35,610 nt of DNA from a virus. Lineage: Duplodnaviria > Caudoviricetes. The translations under genes and the position numbers were made by a program. The notes below the pieces were generated by a model. It was not told the origin of the DNA, ran no database searches, and was given only the letters and a program-made list of their open reading frames with translations. This document shows positions 17,797 to 26,318 of this stretch, one piece after another. The DNA lies in IMG/VR virus record IMGVR_UViG_3300020045_016060, positions 1 through 35,610 of that record. The stretch is one strand, 5' to 3'. Position 1 is the first letter of the stretch, and the number at the start of each line of letters is the position of its first letter.

Positions 17797-18351
17797 ATGC
17801 TTAAAACTTATTTCGACTTCTTAAAAATACCCAATGTTTATTCGGCTGATATTTTTGAACACCTAGATACTTTGTATAAATATGGTACAGAGTGCGCCCA
17901 CATAACTGAGCTTGGCTTCAGAACCGGAACGAGCTTTACAGCCTTTTTACTCGCACAACCTAAAAAACTAGTGACCTACGACATTACATTCCCGCCCGGC
18001 TGTCATGAGCACTTTGATAAAATGCGCGGTAATACAGAAATTCATATGCATCAAGAGTCATCACTTGCATGCACGATTGAAGAAACTGACTTGTTGTTTA
18101 TTGATACACTACACAATTACGACCAGCTAAAACAAGAGCTCTATCTCCACGGCAACAAATCAATGAAATATATTATTTGCCATGATACAGAAAAGTTTGG
18201 AGATATGGGTGAAAACGGTCGCAAGCCGGGCCTAATGCAGGCACTAAATGAATTTATGCACGATTACCCACATTGGCAAATTAAAGAAGTGTTCACAAAT
18301 AATAATGGCTTGCTAATCTTACATAGAGTAGAAGATGTTGAGACTGAATAA
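17797..18351 (+). CDS. Class I SAM-dependent methyltransferase (Methyltransf_24-like)
   Basis: TELGFRTGTS motif I, DLLFIDTLHNYDQLKQEL and ICHDT motifs. ATG 17797 is preferred over TTG 17782. Confidence 0.8.
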   Translation: MLKTYFDFLKIPNVYSADIFEHLDTLYKYGTECAHITELGFRTGTSFTAFLLAQPKKLVTYDITFPPGCHEHFDKMRGNTEIHMHQESSLACTIEETDLLFIDTLHNYDQLKQELYLHGNKSMKYIICHDTEKFGDMGENGRKPGLMQALNEFMHDYPHWQIKEVFTNNNGLLILHRVEDVETE

Positions 18352-19072
18352 AAATAGAATAACGGTATACAATGAGAAACCTTTCAGACATTGGCAAATT
18401 GACAATTTTTTCGAAGCAGAAGACGCAGAAATGCTCTATGCAAAATTCCCAGAAGCAGACCGACGCTGGTACAAATACTCCAATCACTTCGAAAAGAAAA
18501 CTGCAACGGATCTTATTGAGATCATGCCTGCAAGCATTGCAATAACATTACTGTTGCTAAATTCTAATCCGTGGATAAAAGAACTTGAGACGATAACAGG
18601 TATCGAAGGCCTAATACCTGACCCAGCTTTACGCGGCGGCGGCCTGCACCAAATTTATCCAGGTGGTAAATTAGAAATTCACGCGGATTTTAATTACCAC
18701 AAGCATTTAAAATTAGATCGCAGACTTAACTTGCTAGTGTACTTAAATAAAGATTGGCAAGAATCATACGGTGGCCACTTAGAGCTTTGGGATACCGAAA
18801 TGAAACAATGTGAAAAACGAATACTCCCAATTTTAAATAGATGCGTGATATTTGAAACAACCGACTTTAGTTATCATGGGCATCCAGAACCTTTAACATG
18901 CCCTGATGGTATGACTAGAAAATCCCTAGCTCTTTATTATTACACAAATGGGCGTCCCGATCATGAGAAAACCCCACCACACTCGACCAAATTTCAAAAA
19001 AGACCTAATGAAGAAACAACCCCAGAAATAGAAGCATTGAGACTTAAGAGAAACGAGGGCCGTCTTGCGTGA
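18335..19072 (+). CDS. 2OG-Fe(II) oxygenase (prolyl-hydroxylase-like)
   Basis: H-x-D (HADFN), distal His (SYHG), RKS 2OG-binding motif, RRLNLLVYLN and GGHLELW. Confidence 0.9.
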   Translation: MLRLNKNRITVYNEKPFRHWQIDNFFEAEDAEMLYAKFPEADRRWYKYSNHFEKKTATDLIEIMPASIAITLLLLNSNPWIKELETITGIEGLIPDPALRGGGLHQIYPGGKLEIHADFNYHKHLKLDRRLNLLVYLNKDWQESYGGHLELWDTEMKQCEKRILPILNRCVIFETTDFSYHGHPEPLTCPDGMTRKSLALYYYTNGRPDHEKTPPHSTKFQKRPNEETTPEIEALRLKRNEGRLA

Positions 19073-19868
19073 TTTTAAACTTCAAACATTTCTAGATTGT
19101 GCGGCTGAACTCTTAAGGGCCGATGAAACAACTAGAGCTTTATGGCTTCTTAATAACCTACCGGCCTATTATCGAGACCATGTACCTCAAGAAATTATAG
19201 ATATGAAAAACGAGATACATAAAAGAATCTCAACCCCATCAAGATACGGTGAGAGTAAGTATGAAATAGACGTGCTTGATTTAGTAAACGCTAACGGCAT
19301 GGGTGACACATTAAGGGGCCAAATACTTCAAAAAGATATTAAATGGCTTAATCAGCAAAAATTTATCCCTCATATTGTGGATTTCGGACCAGGTGAGTTT
19401 TGGCTACCAATAGCACTAAAAGCTCAAAACCTTCAATTCACTTACGACCCAATAGCCCTTAATCAAACATTATTAAAAATAGTAGAGCCTCATATTGAAA
19501 AGCATTTAGTCCCAAGGCTACCAAACCAGCCAACAGTTTACGTTGCGTGTGAAATCATAGAGCACCTTTGGAATGAACAAGATTTAAAAACAGAGATGCT
19601 TAGAAAAATAGGCTTTGCTGATATTGTTCACATTTCAACACCCAGATATACATACGACACTGATTGTATGAGTTGGTTAGAAAAAGGTGAAATCGGACAC
19701 CTTAGAGCCTATACCCCGCTTGAGTTTGTAACTATTGTGAAAGATTTATTCCCTGAATATTTATCATTTTTTATTGACTCACAAATTATGCATCTGCGCT
19801 TAACCCACCAAAGAACGACAATCCAGGGCCTTAGAGAAAGGGCAGCAAATGACTTCGACAAACTCTAA
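19065..19868 (+). CDS. Divergent SAM methyltransferase-like protein
   Basis: IVDFGPG, ACEIIEHL, ISTP and HLRAYT pattern. Confidence 0.6.
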   Translation: MRDFKLQTFLDCAAELLRADETTRALWLLNNLPAYYRDHVPQEIIDMKNEIHKRISTPSRYGESKYEIDVLDLVNANGMGDTLRGQILQKDIKWLNQQKFIPHIVDFGPGEFWLPIALKAQNLQFTYDPIALNQTLLKIVEPHIEKHLVPRLPNQPTVYVACEIIEHLWNEQDLKTEMLRKIGFADIVHISTPRYTYDTDCMSWLEKGEIGHLRAYTPLEFVTIVKDLFPEYLSFFIDSQIMHLRLTHQRTTIQGLRERAANDFDKL

Positions 19869-20625
19869 AGTTACTATTGTGTGCGCTACTTACCTAAAAG
19901 AAAACGATAGATATTTACGAGTTGCTATCGAGTCGGTTAAAAACCAAAATTATGATAATTACGAAATGATCCTTGTCTCTAGTGGGTCACATATACCTCA
20001 AGACATCCCAAAATGGATTAAACACATACACCACGAAAAGCAGCACCATTACCCGGAGGCTATTAATTCAGGCGTGGCCCAAGCCAGTCCTGATTCTAAA
20101 TATTATTTAATCATTAATGACGATGTTATTTTAACAAAAGACTCACTCGTTAATTTAATTCATATTGCTGGGGATAATGAAATCATCTTAAACCCCATTT
20201 CTAATTGCGATAATTACTTCAAATACAATCTAGTTATGGGTTACGAGAAAAACAGTGATTTTGTGCCGATGACCAAACGGTTTTATCGATATGATGACCT
20301 AAACGGCTCATTTAATGAATTAATGAACTCAAAAAGTATTTATCCTTATGGATTAATCGCTCAAGATTTTGTGTGTTTTTATGCGACTCTATTCCCTAAA
20401 AAAGTATGGGATAAATTAGGTGGGTTAGACGGTGAGTTTAAAACTGGGCAGGATGACGTAGATGCCTCAATGAGAGCTAAACAACTAGGAATCCCATGCG
20501 GTATAGCCATCAACTCGCTTATATGGCACTACGGCGGAGCCACTGCTGATATAGCCCTAACCACAGATATAAGACGCCAAAATATCGAGTATTTCTCTAA
20601 AAAATGGGGCCGATTACCTCCATAA
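19849..20625 (+). CDS. GT2-family glycosyltransferase
   Basis: VTIV, AINSG, LIINDDV (DxD-like), LGGLDGEF..GQDDVD.SMRA and WHYGG. Confidence 0.9.
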   Translation: MTSTNSKVTIVCATYLKENDRYLRVAIESVKNQNYDNYEMILVSSGSHIPQDIPKWIKHIHHEKQHHYPEAINSGVAQASPDSKYYLIINDDVILTKDSLVNLIHIAGDNEIILNPISNCDNYFKYNLVMGYEKNSDFVPMTKRFYRYDDLNGSFNELMNSKSIYPYGLIAQDFVCFYATLFPKKVWDKLGGLDGEFKTGQDDVDASMRAKQLGIPCGIAINSLIWHYGGATADIALTTDIRRQNIEYFSKKWGRLPP

Positions 20626-20626
20626 T

Positions 20627-20655
20627 TTGACTTAATTAACGCATAATGTTATATT
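20627..20655 (+). promoter_or_regulatory. Sigma70-type promoter with extended -10
   Basis: TTGACT-17 bp-TATATT, with TG at 20647-48. Confidence 0.6.
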
Positions 20656-20662
20656 ATGTTGC

Positions 20663-20803
20663 ATGAAGCTAAATGTTGAAAACCTAGATTTAATCATATT
20701 GTGCTTTGTCTTTATGGTGATCGTTACTTTTGTATCGCTATTAGCTGTTAAGTACATCAATTGTGATTGTGAGGGCGAATTTATTGAGAGGATATTAAAG
20801 TGA
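20663..20803 (+). CDS. 46-aa single-TM protein (not in track)
   Basis: MKLNVENLDLIILCFVFMVIVTFVSLLAVKYINCDC...; GTGA overlap with the next gene. Confidence 0.6.
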   Translation: MKLNVENLDLIILCFVFMVIVTFVSLLAVKYINCDCEGEFIERILK

Positions 20804-21144
20804 GATATTTAATTATTATCTTATTAATAACCGGCTGTTCAGACAATAAAGACCAGGGCCAAAGCTCAAATAACATTCAAAACGTGACCAATTACCCTGT
20901 CTCAGACTATTTAGTAACGAGAAAATCAGAACTTATTACCAGTGGTGGCGAAACCCTTTACCTATCTGAGTTTCAAGGCTCACTTGCTTTATATTACGGC
21001 GGTGATAGGGCTATTTATAACTCATGCATGACTAGTTTCGAGCCCCACAGAGCTGAAGACTGTGCAAAAGCTACGACCAAAACGACAAAAGACCTTTGGG
21101 GATGGCCATGTCAAAGAGCTGGTTATCCAAACCCTAGTTGTTAA
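20800..21144 (+). CDS. Putative lipoprotein
   Basis: MRYLIIILLITG-C lipobox, polar linker, 4 further Cys; GAGG RBS. Confidence 0.7.
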   Translation: MRYLIIILLITGCSDNKDQGQSSNNIQNVTNYPVSDYLVTRKSELITSGGETLYLSEFQGSLALYYGGDRAIYNSCMTSFEPHRAEDCAKATTKTTKDLWGWPCQRAGYPNPSC

Positions 21145-21215
21145 TTTTCTTGATTAAACTCACATTTTAACCGACTCTTATTCGTAACCACTCTCTAAAA
21201 GGGAACACGGGGTAT

Positions 21216-21443
21216 ATGGATAAAGTCGCTAAAATCACGGCCCAGCTTAATAACTTCAAAACACTAAAAGACGGCGGCTATCGAATAACCTTCGACTTTG
21301 GAATGGACTGCCTCTCAGAAGCCCAGAAAATACTCAAATGGAACGCCAACGGTGAAGCTAACTTCGCACTCGCCATAGTCCCATTCAATGAACCATCAAG
21401 ACACAGTGACCAAATAGTAACTAATGAAATTGACGCAGGATAG
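21216..21443 (+). CDS. Hypothetical beta-rich protein upstream of terS
   Basis: KTLKDGGYRITFD motif; GGGG RBS. Confidence 0.6.
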   Translation: MDKVAKITAQLNNFKTLKDGGYRITFDFGMDCLSEAQKILKWNANGEANFALAIVPFNEPSRHSDQIVTNEIDAG

Positions 21444-21449
21444 TGCAGG

Positions 21450-21833
21450 ATGGCTGGTAACCCTAATCCGAGTCCTAAAACTAGATTTAAAAAAGGCCAG
21501 AGTGGTAACCCTGCTGGTAGTTTACCTGTAAACAAAGTTTTAAAAGAAGTGAAGCTTTTAACAGCTCTTGAATTCAGAGATATGATTAATAAGCTCATGA
21601 AATATTCTCAAGATGAGCTAACGGCATATGTGAATGATAAAGATGCCCCATTTATATGGCGTATTTATGCAAAGTCTTTAGTGAAGGCTTATAATACTGG
21701 TGATTCAGAAAGAATAGAAACCATCATGAATAGAATGATTGGTAAAGTGCCCGACAAACTTCAGTTCGAAGACAAGACTAAACCAGATGTTGATTTTTTA
21801 GCAGAGAAGTTACTCGAGGGCTTGAAGAAATAA
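21450..21833 (+). CDS. terS: Probable terminase small subunit (DUF5681-type N-terminus)
   Basis: TRFKKGQSGNPAG N-terminal motif and NRMIGK; upstream of terL. Confidence 0.7.
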   Translation: MAGNPNPSPKTRFKKGQSGNPAGSLPVNKVLKEVKLLTALEFRDMINKLMKYSQDELTAYVNDKDAPFIWRIYAKSLVKAYNTGDSERIETIMNRMIGKVPDKLQFEDKTKPDVDFLAEKLLEGLKK

Positions 21834-21868
21834 TTGACTCATGATTGATATTTAATAACCTCTATTTT

Positions 21869-23134
21869 GTGATTCTATTAGGGGATTCAAAAGAAAAATT
21901 AAAAGAGCTTCCAGACAATAGTATTGATGCTGTTGTAACGGATCCACCATATGGCCTAGCATTTATGGGTAAAAAATGGGATTACGATGTACCTAGTGTT
22001 GATTTGTGGCGTGAAGTTTTCAGAGTATTAAAACCAGGTGGCCATGTTCTTAGCTTTGGTGGCACTCGCACTTATCACAGAATGGCTGTAAATATTGAAG
22101 ATGCTGGGTTTGAAATTAGGGATCAGGTTATGTGGGTGTATGGCGAAGGATTTCCGAAATCTATGAATGTCGGCAAGGCACTTGATAAAAAACAAGGCAA
22201 TCAGCGAGAATTGATTGGCACTAAAGACGTTGGGCCTGACTTTACCGGAGACAACTTTCACCGAGATAACGGTCAAAGAAAAATCTCTGAAATTACAAAA
22301 GGCACCACTCAATGGGAAGGCTGGGGAACCGCACTTAAACCCGCCAATGAACCAATATGCCTAGCACGCAAGCCATTAGAAAAAGGTTTAACCGTTGCTG
22401 ATAATGTTTTGAAGTGGGGTACTGGGGCTATTAATGTTGATGGGTGCAGGATTGGCAGTGATAAAATTGAAAAAGGTAGAGCAGGCAGAGGCATAGCAGA
22501 ATCGACAAGCTATCACAACGGTTTAAAGCCGACAGAGAATAGAGAGTTTGTTCAAGGTCGCTGGCCAGCTAACATACTATTCGACGAGACTGCAGCTGAG
22601 ATATTGGATGAGCAGAGTGGTATTAGTAAATCCGGTAAACTTACTGGCAAGGAACCGTCTAGCCGTTCAGGCAGTGTTTATGGCGAGTTTTCTACTAGAA
22701 GTTTAAATACGCATGGTGACTCCGGAGGAGCATCTCGATTTTTCTACGTAGCTAAGGCATCCAAGTCTGAGAGAAATAGAGGGTTAGAGGGGATGCCGAA
22801 AAAGATCGGTTCAACTTATGACGGTAATATAGACCATGAGCACGGCAATAGAAAACTAGGCGCTCATCCAGACCGTCCTACAGAATTGCAAGCCAACAAT
22901 CACCCAACAGTTAAGCCAATCAAACTCATGGAATATCTAATCAAACTAATCACACCACCAAACGGTGTAGTTCTAGACCCTTTTATGGGCTCAGGTACAA
23001 CAGGTGTCGCTTGTAAAAATCTAGGGTTTGATTTTATCGGTATTGAATTAAGTCCTGAATATTATGAAATAGCTAAAAAAAGAATAGATACAAAACAAAA
23101 AACTAAACAGTTACAGCTAGACATAACGTGTTAA
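21869..23134 (+). CDS. Beta-class DNA amino-methyltransferase (N6-A/N4-C)
   Basis: VVTDPPYG precedes HPTVKP...VLDPFMGSGTT. GTG 21869 (VILLGDS) is the likely start. Confidence 0.92.
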   Translation: MILLGDSKEKLKELPDNSIDAVVTDPPYGLAFMGKKWDYDVPSVDLWREVFRVLKPGGHVLSFGGTRTYHRMAVNIEDAGFEIRDQVMWVYGEGFPKSMNVGKALDKKQGNQRELIGTKDVGPDFTGDNFHRDNGQRKISEITKGTTQWEGWGTALKPANEPICLARKPLEKGLTVADNVLKWGTGAINVDGCRIGSDKIEKGRAGRGIAESTSYHNGLKPTENREFVQGRWPANILFDETAAEILDEQSGISKSGKLTGKEPSSRSGSVYGEFSTRSLNTHGDSGGASRFFYVAKASKSERNRGLEGMPKKIGSTYDGNIDHEHGNRKLGAHPDRPTELQANNHPTVKPIKLMEYLIKLITPPNGVVLDPFMGSGTTGVACKNLGFDFIGIELSPEYYEIAKKRIDTKQKTKQLQLDITC

Positions 23135-23820
23135 ACAATGTTGACCCTTACGTTCTACAAAGGGCTGTTCAATTAAGGTACAAGAAATCTCTATTTGATA
23201 CGGCTAAATACTTACTTGATTATCGAGACATCACTGAAAAGACTCACCGACGTGTCACTGATACATTAGAAGATGACTCAGAGAGAAAACTAATTTGTTA
23301 TCCACGTGGAACTTTTAAGTCGAGTCTAGTTACAATTAGCTATCCAATTTGGCTTTTGATTAATAACCCGGATCTTAGAATATTCATAGACTCAGAACTA
23401 TATGCTAACGCTGTATCGTATTTAAGAGAGATTAAGCTACATATGCAGAGTGAGGCATTTATTAAAATATTTGGTGAGTGGAGAACTGAGACTTGGAATG
23501 AGTCTGAGATAATAATAAAACCCAGAAAAAAGATATTTAAGGAACCTAGTATTATGGTGGGTGGTATTGAGACTTCAAAGGTAGGCATGCATTACACTCA
23601 TATAATCGGTGATGATTACTCTTCGGATAGTAATACAGCGACTAAAGAGCAGAGAGAAAAAGTGATTAATCATTACAGGATGAATTTAGCGATACTTGAG
23701 CCAGGTGGGACTTATGTTATTTCTGGCACTAGATACAGTGAGCAAGATATAATTGGCCACATCATTCATAATGAGCTAGGATTTAAGTCGTTAGATGAAA
23801 TGAAACTGGCTTTAAAATAA
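23128..23820 (+). CDS. terL: Terminase large subunit, N-terminal ATPase part
   Basis: Walker A-like PRGTFKS, Walker B HIIGDD and coupling motif GTRY; stops about 27 aa later. Confidence 0.85.
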   Translation: MLNNVDPYVLQRAVQLRYKKSLFDTAKYLLDYRDITEKTHRRVTDTLEDDSERKLICYPRGTFKSSLVTISYPIWLLINNPDLRIFIDSELYANAVSYLREIKLHMQSEAFIKIFGEWRTETWNESEIIIKPRKKIFKEPSIMVGGIETSKVGMHYTHIIGDDYSSDSNTATKEQREKVINHYRMNLAILEPGGTYVISGTRYSEQDIIGHIIHNELGFKSLDEMKLALK

Positions 23821-23834
23821 TAAATGGGGGGGCT

Positions 23835-24536
23835 ATGTTATACCCATATCAACCAACGGGCGGCAGTAGCAGTTCTGTAAGTTCAGAAATTTATCCAGAT
23901 GACTACTCAGAAATTTACGCCGATTTTCTAGAAACAGGTACCACACCATTTCAAAATGCTGCTGGTGGTGCGGGTGCTGCAGCATCAAATTGGAATACTC
24001 AACTAAATTATGCAGGTCATCCGGGTACAGTAAGACTGACTACTGGCACTACTACAACCGGATATGGCACTGTGTTCGGTCAATACATTTATATTAATGC
24101 AGGATGTACTTATAAAACCTGTATCCGTATTGAGGATTTATCAACGGCTGGAGAAGAATTTGTCATTACAGCCGGTTACGGTAACTCGGCCACTGGTGCG
24201 GATCATGTAAACGGTATTTATTTTAAGTACAAAAGAACTGTGTCTACAAAATGGCTTATGTGTGCTGTTTCATTTGCTACTGGACTAGAGACTGAAACTG
24301 CTACTACAGTTGATGTTGCAGAAGATACGTGGATAAGTTTAGAATTGAGTTTAAGTGCAGATAGGGGCACAGTTACTTATGTGATTAACGGCACGACTGT
24401 GGGGACTGTTACGACAAACATACCAACAAATGCGTCTGATGTTTTAGCGCATACAAGGGTTGTAAAATCGGCGGGAACTACGGCAAGATTAGTACAATTG
24501 GATTATATATATGACAAACAAATTTCAAGCAGGTGA
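23835..24536 (+). CDS. Thr/Gly-rich beta-sandwich (lectin/ConA-like) putative structural protein
   Basis: W..L.L.L....VTYVING..VG and LDYI pattern; Gly/Ser linker after the N-terminal YP. Confidence 0.55.
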   Translation: MLYPYQPTGGSSSSVSSEIYPDDYSEIYADFLETGTTPFQNAAGGAGAAASNWNTQLNYAGHPGTVRLTTGTTTTGYGTVFGQYIYINAGCTYKTCIRIEDLSTAGEEFVITAGYGNSATGADHVNGIYFKYKRTVSTKWLMCAVSFATGLETETATTVDVAEDTWISLELSLSADRGTVTYVINGTTVGTVTTNIPTNASDVLAHTRVVKSAGTTARLVQLDYIYDKQISSR

Positions 24537-24539
24537 TAA

Positions 24540-24878
24540 ATGAAAGAACAGGCTGTTTACGGTGTAACTCATATTACAATGATTCTGAGTAGTGCTACTA
24601 ATCCCACATTGGTATCAACTACAGCAAATTTATTAAAGAGTGAAATTTCGATTGCTAACAATCTGAACAGCTCGTCTCTTGGTACGGTATTTATGGCTGG
24701 TGGGCCAACATTCCCAACAGGAGCAAGTACGGCTCACATGATTCAAGTCTCAAATTTACCGGGTTTAGCTTATACAATATCAGGTCCAGCGCCATATTAT
24801 ATTGGAGTTGCAGGTTTAACGACTACAGTTCAGATAGTTCAAAGCCTGAGCAATATAGGTGGAGCTACATTTAGATAA
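24540..24878 (+). CDS. Small Ser/Thr-rich beta protein, putative structural
   Basis: AGGTG RBS; composition; TAATG-coupled to terL-C. Confidence 0.55.
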   Translation: MKEQAVYGVTHITMILSSATNPTLVSTTANLLKSEISIANNLNSSSLGTVFMAGGPTFPTGASTAHMIQVSNLPGLAYTISGPAPYYIGVAGLTTTVQIVQSLSNIGGATFR

Positions 24879-25717
24879 TGTCTAAGTGGAGTCTGTGTTA
24901 CGAGGGTGCCTATGAAGATGACGGCACATTATTATTCCCAGAACGACTTAGTGAAGAGAAGTTACAAGAGCTACGTCGTTCGATGGGGCTTTATCGATTT
25001 AGTAACCAATTTCTTAATCAGACATTACCGGATGAAGAGCAAGACTTTAAACAGGCGTGGTTAAAGACTTATGCGGACTTACCTCAAGATGTTTTTACAT
25101 TTGCATTTGTTGACCCTGCTATATCTCTTAACGACGGTGCTGACTATACTGCTACGGTGGTTGTTCATGTTGACTGCGACAAGAACTGGTATGTGGCGAT
25201 GGCCACTCGTCAGCGTATTACAGCAACAGCTACGCTCGATCACATTTTCAATATACACAAAGTATATAGACCCGCGATTATTGGCGTGGAGGATGTCGCA
25301 TATCAACGCTCTTTACTCCATTTTGCTACAGAAGAAATGCATAGAAGAAATCAAATCATACCCATCAAGGGGATTAGACGCTCAAACATTACAACACAAG
25401 GCGATAAGAAATCAAACAACTCAAAACCATTTAGAATAAGAAGTCTTGTACCACGGTTTGAATTTGGTAAGATTTTTTTAGCCCAAGGTCTAGATGATTT
25501 ATTAATAGAATATAAATCATTCCCGAGGGGCTCGCATGATGACATTTTAGATGCGCTTGCTTCGATAGAAGAAATTGTGTTTTACCCGGACATAAAAAAG
25601 GAGAACGATAATGTCACAAATCCAGCCGACCCAAGATACGAAAAGCAGTTCATTGAACGTCTTACGTCGAAGAGGCCGCCCCTCAAAAACAGAAACGACT
25701 TTGCAGACTACGAGTGA
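24878..25717 (+). CDS. terL: Terminase large subunit, lid/linker plus RNase H-like nuclease part
   Basis: DGTLLFPER...RRSMG..RFSNQFLN, FVDPA....ADYTA, GVEDVAYQ, K..RIRSL.P and FPRGSHDDILDAL. Confidence 0.9.
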   Translation: MSKWSLCYEGAYEDDGTLLFPERLSEEKLQELRRSMGLYRFSNQFLNQTLPDEEQDFKQAWLKTYADLPQDVFTFAFVDPAISLNDGADYTATVVVHVDCDKNWYVAMATRQRITATATLDHIFNIHKVYRPAIIGVEDVAYQRSLLHFATEEMHRRNQIIPIKGIRRSNITTQGDKKSNNSKPFRIRSLVPRFEFGKIFLAQGLDDLLIEYKSFPRGSHDDILDALASIEEIVFYPDIKKENDNVTNPADPRYEKQFIERLTSKRPPLKNRNDFADYE

Positions 25718-26108
25718 ACCCGCACCATCTGTTGAGTGTCCAGTGGTAGAGCCTAAAGAAGAAGGTGTTGAGTTTGTTGACCTTGAGCGTGTATTCGACA
25801 CAGGCGTTAAGTCTAAAGAACAAGAAATGAAAGAAGTAGAAATGTTTAATAAGCTTAAAAAGCTTGATTATGCAGTTGAGTACGCTTGTTCCAAAAAGAT
25901 TGAATGGTTAGAGGTCGATCAAGATATTTTAGAGCATTTTTATAAAGGGCCAGTGCCAGAGGTTGGGTATTATATTTATAAAACAGTGAAGCTTTGTTTA
26001 AAAGGACGGGCCGAGGCACTTGCAAAACGTGACAATTTATCATGTCATGAGATTTTATTCCCTAAAGAGTCTTACATGAAGGTTGGTGTTCGACGTGCTG
26101 GTGGATAG
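25611..26108 (+). CDS. Hypothetical protein with an AT-hook-like RRRGRPSK motif
   Basis: AAGGAG RBS before ATG 25611; overlaps terL-C by 107 nt. Confidence 0.65.
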   Translation: MSQIQPTQDTKSSSLNVLRRRGRPSKTETTLQTTSEPAPSVECPVVEPKEEGVEFVDLERVFDTGVKSKEQEMKEVEMFNKLKKLDYAVEYACSKKIEWLEVDQDILEHFYKGPVPEVGYYIYKTVKLCLKGRAEALAKRDNLSCHEILFPKESYMKVGVRRAGG

Positions 26109-26304
26109 TATATTATTGGGGCTTTTAATAGCCTCAAACGCTTTCTGGGCTTGGAATACGCACAAGTTAATTAATAAACTTATGTCTAGGAATTACTTCG
26201 AATTTAAGGATGCGACGTTGAAATCCGAAGAAAAGCCTAAGACAATAGTAATGCGTCCTGAAGACACAGAAGATTTCGGTGCGCTTAGTGAGCTGACACA
26301 ATAA
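26083..26304 (+). CDS. Small N-terminal TM protein upstream of the portal (start uncertain)
   Basis: Hydrophobic N-terminus then LINKLMSRNYFEF. Confidence 0.6.
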   Translation: MVFDVLVDSILLGLLIASNAFWAWNTHKLINKLMSRNYFEFKDATLKSEEKPKTIVMRPEDTEDFGALSELTQ

Positions 26305-26318
26305 CCACGGACGGTTAA

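Noticed and set aside
21869-23134. DNA methyltransferase between terS and terL as a novelty or a restriction-modification system
   Set aside because: Orphan methyltransferases next to terminase genes are common in phages, and no cognate restriction enzyme is evident.
23821-24877. Group I/II intron or intein interrupting terL
   Set aside because: The interval is fully occupied by two ORFs with RBSs and coupling. I see no RT, LAGLIDADG or HNH motifs, no intein termini and no room for a ribozyme core. RT-PCR would be needed to exclude splicing formally.
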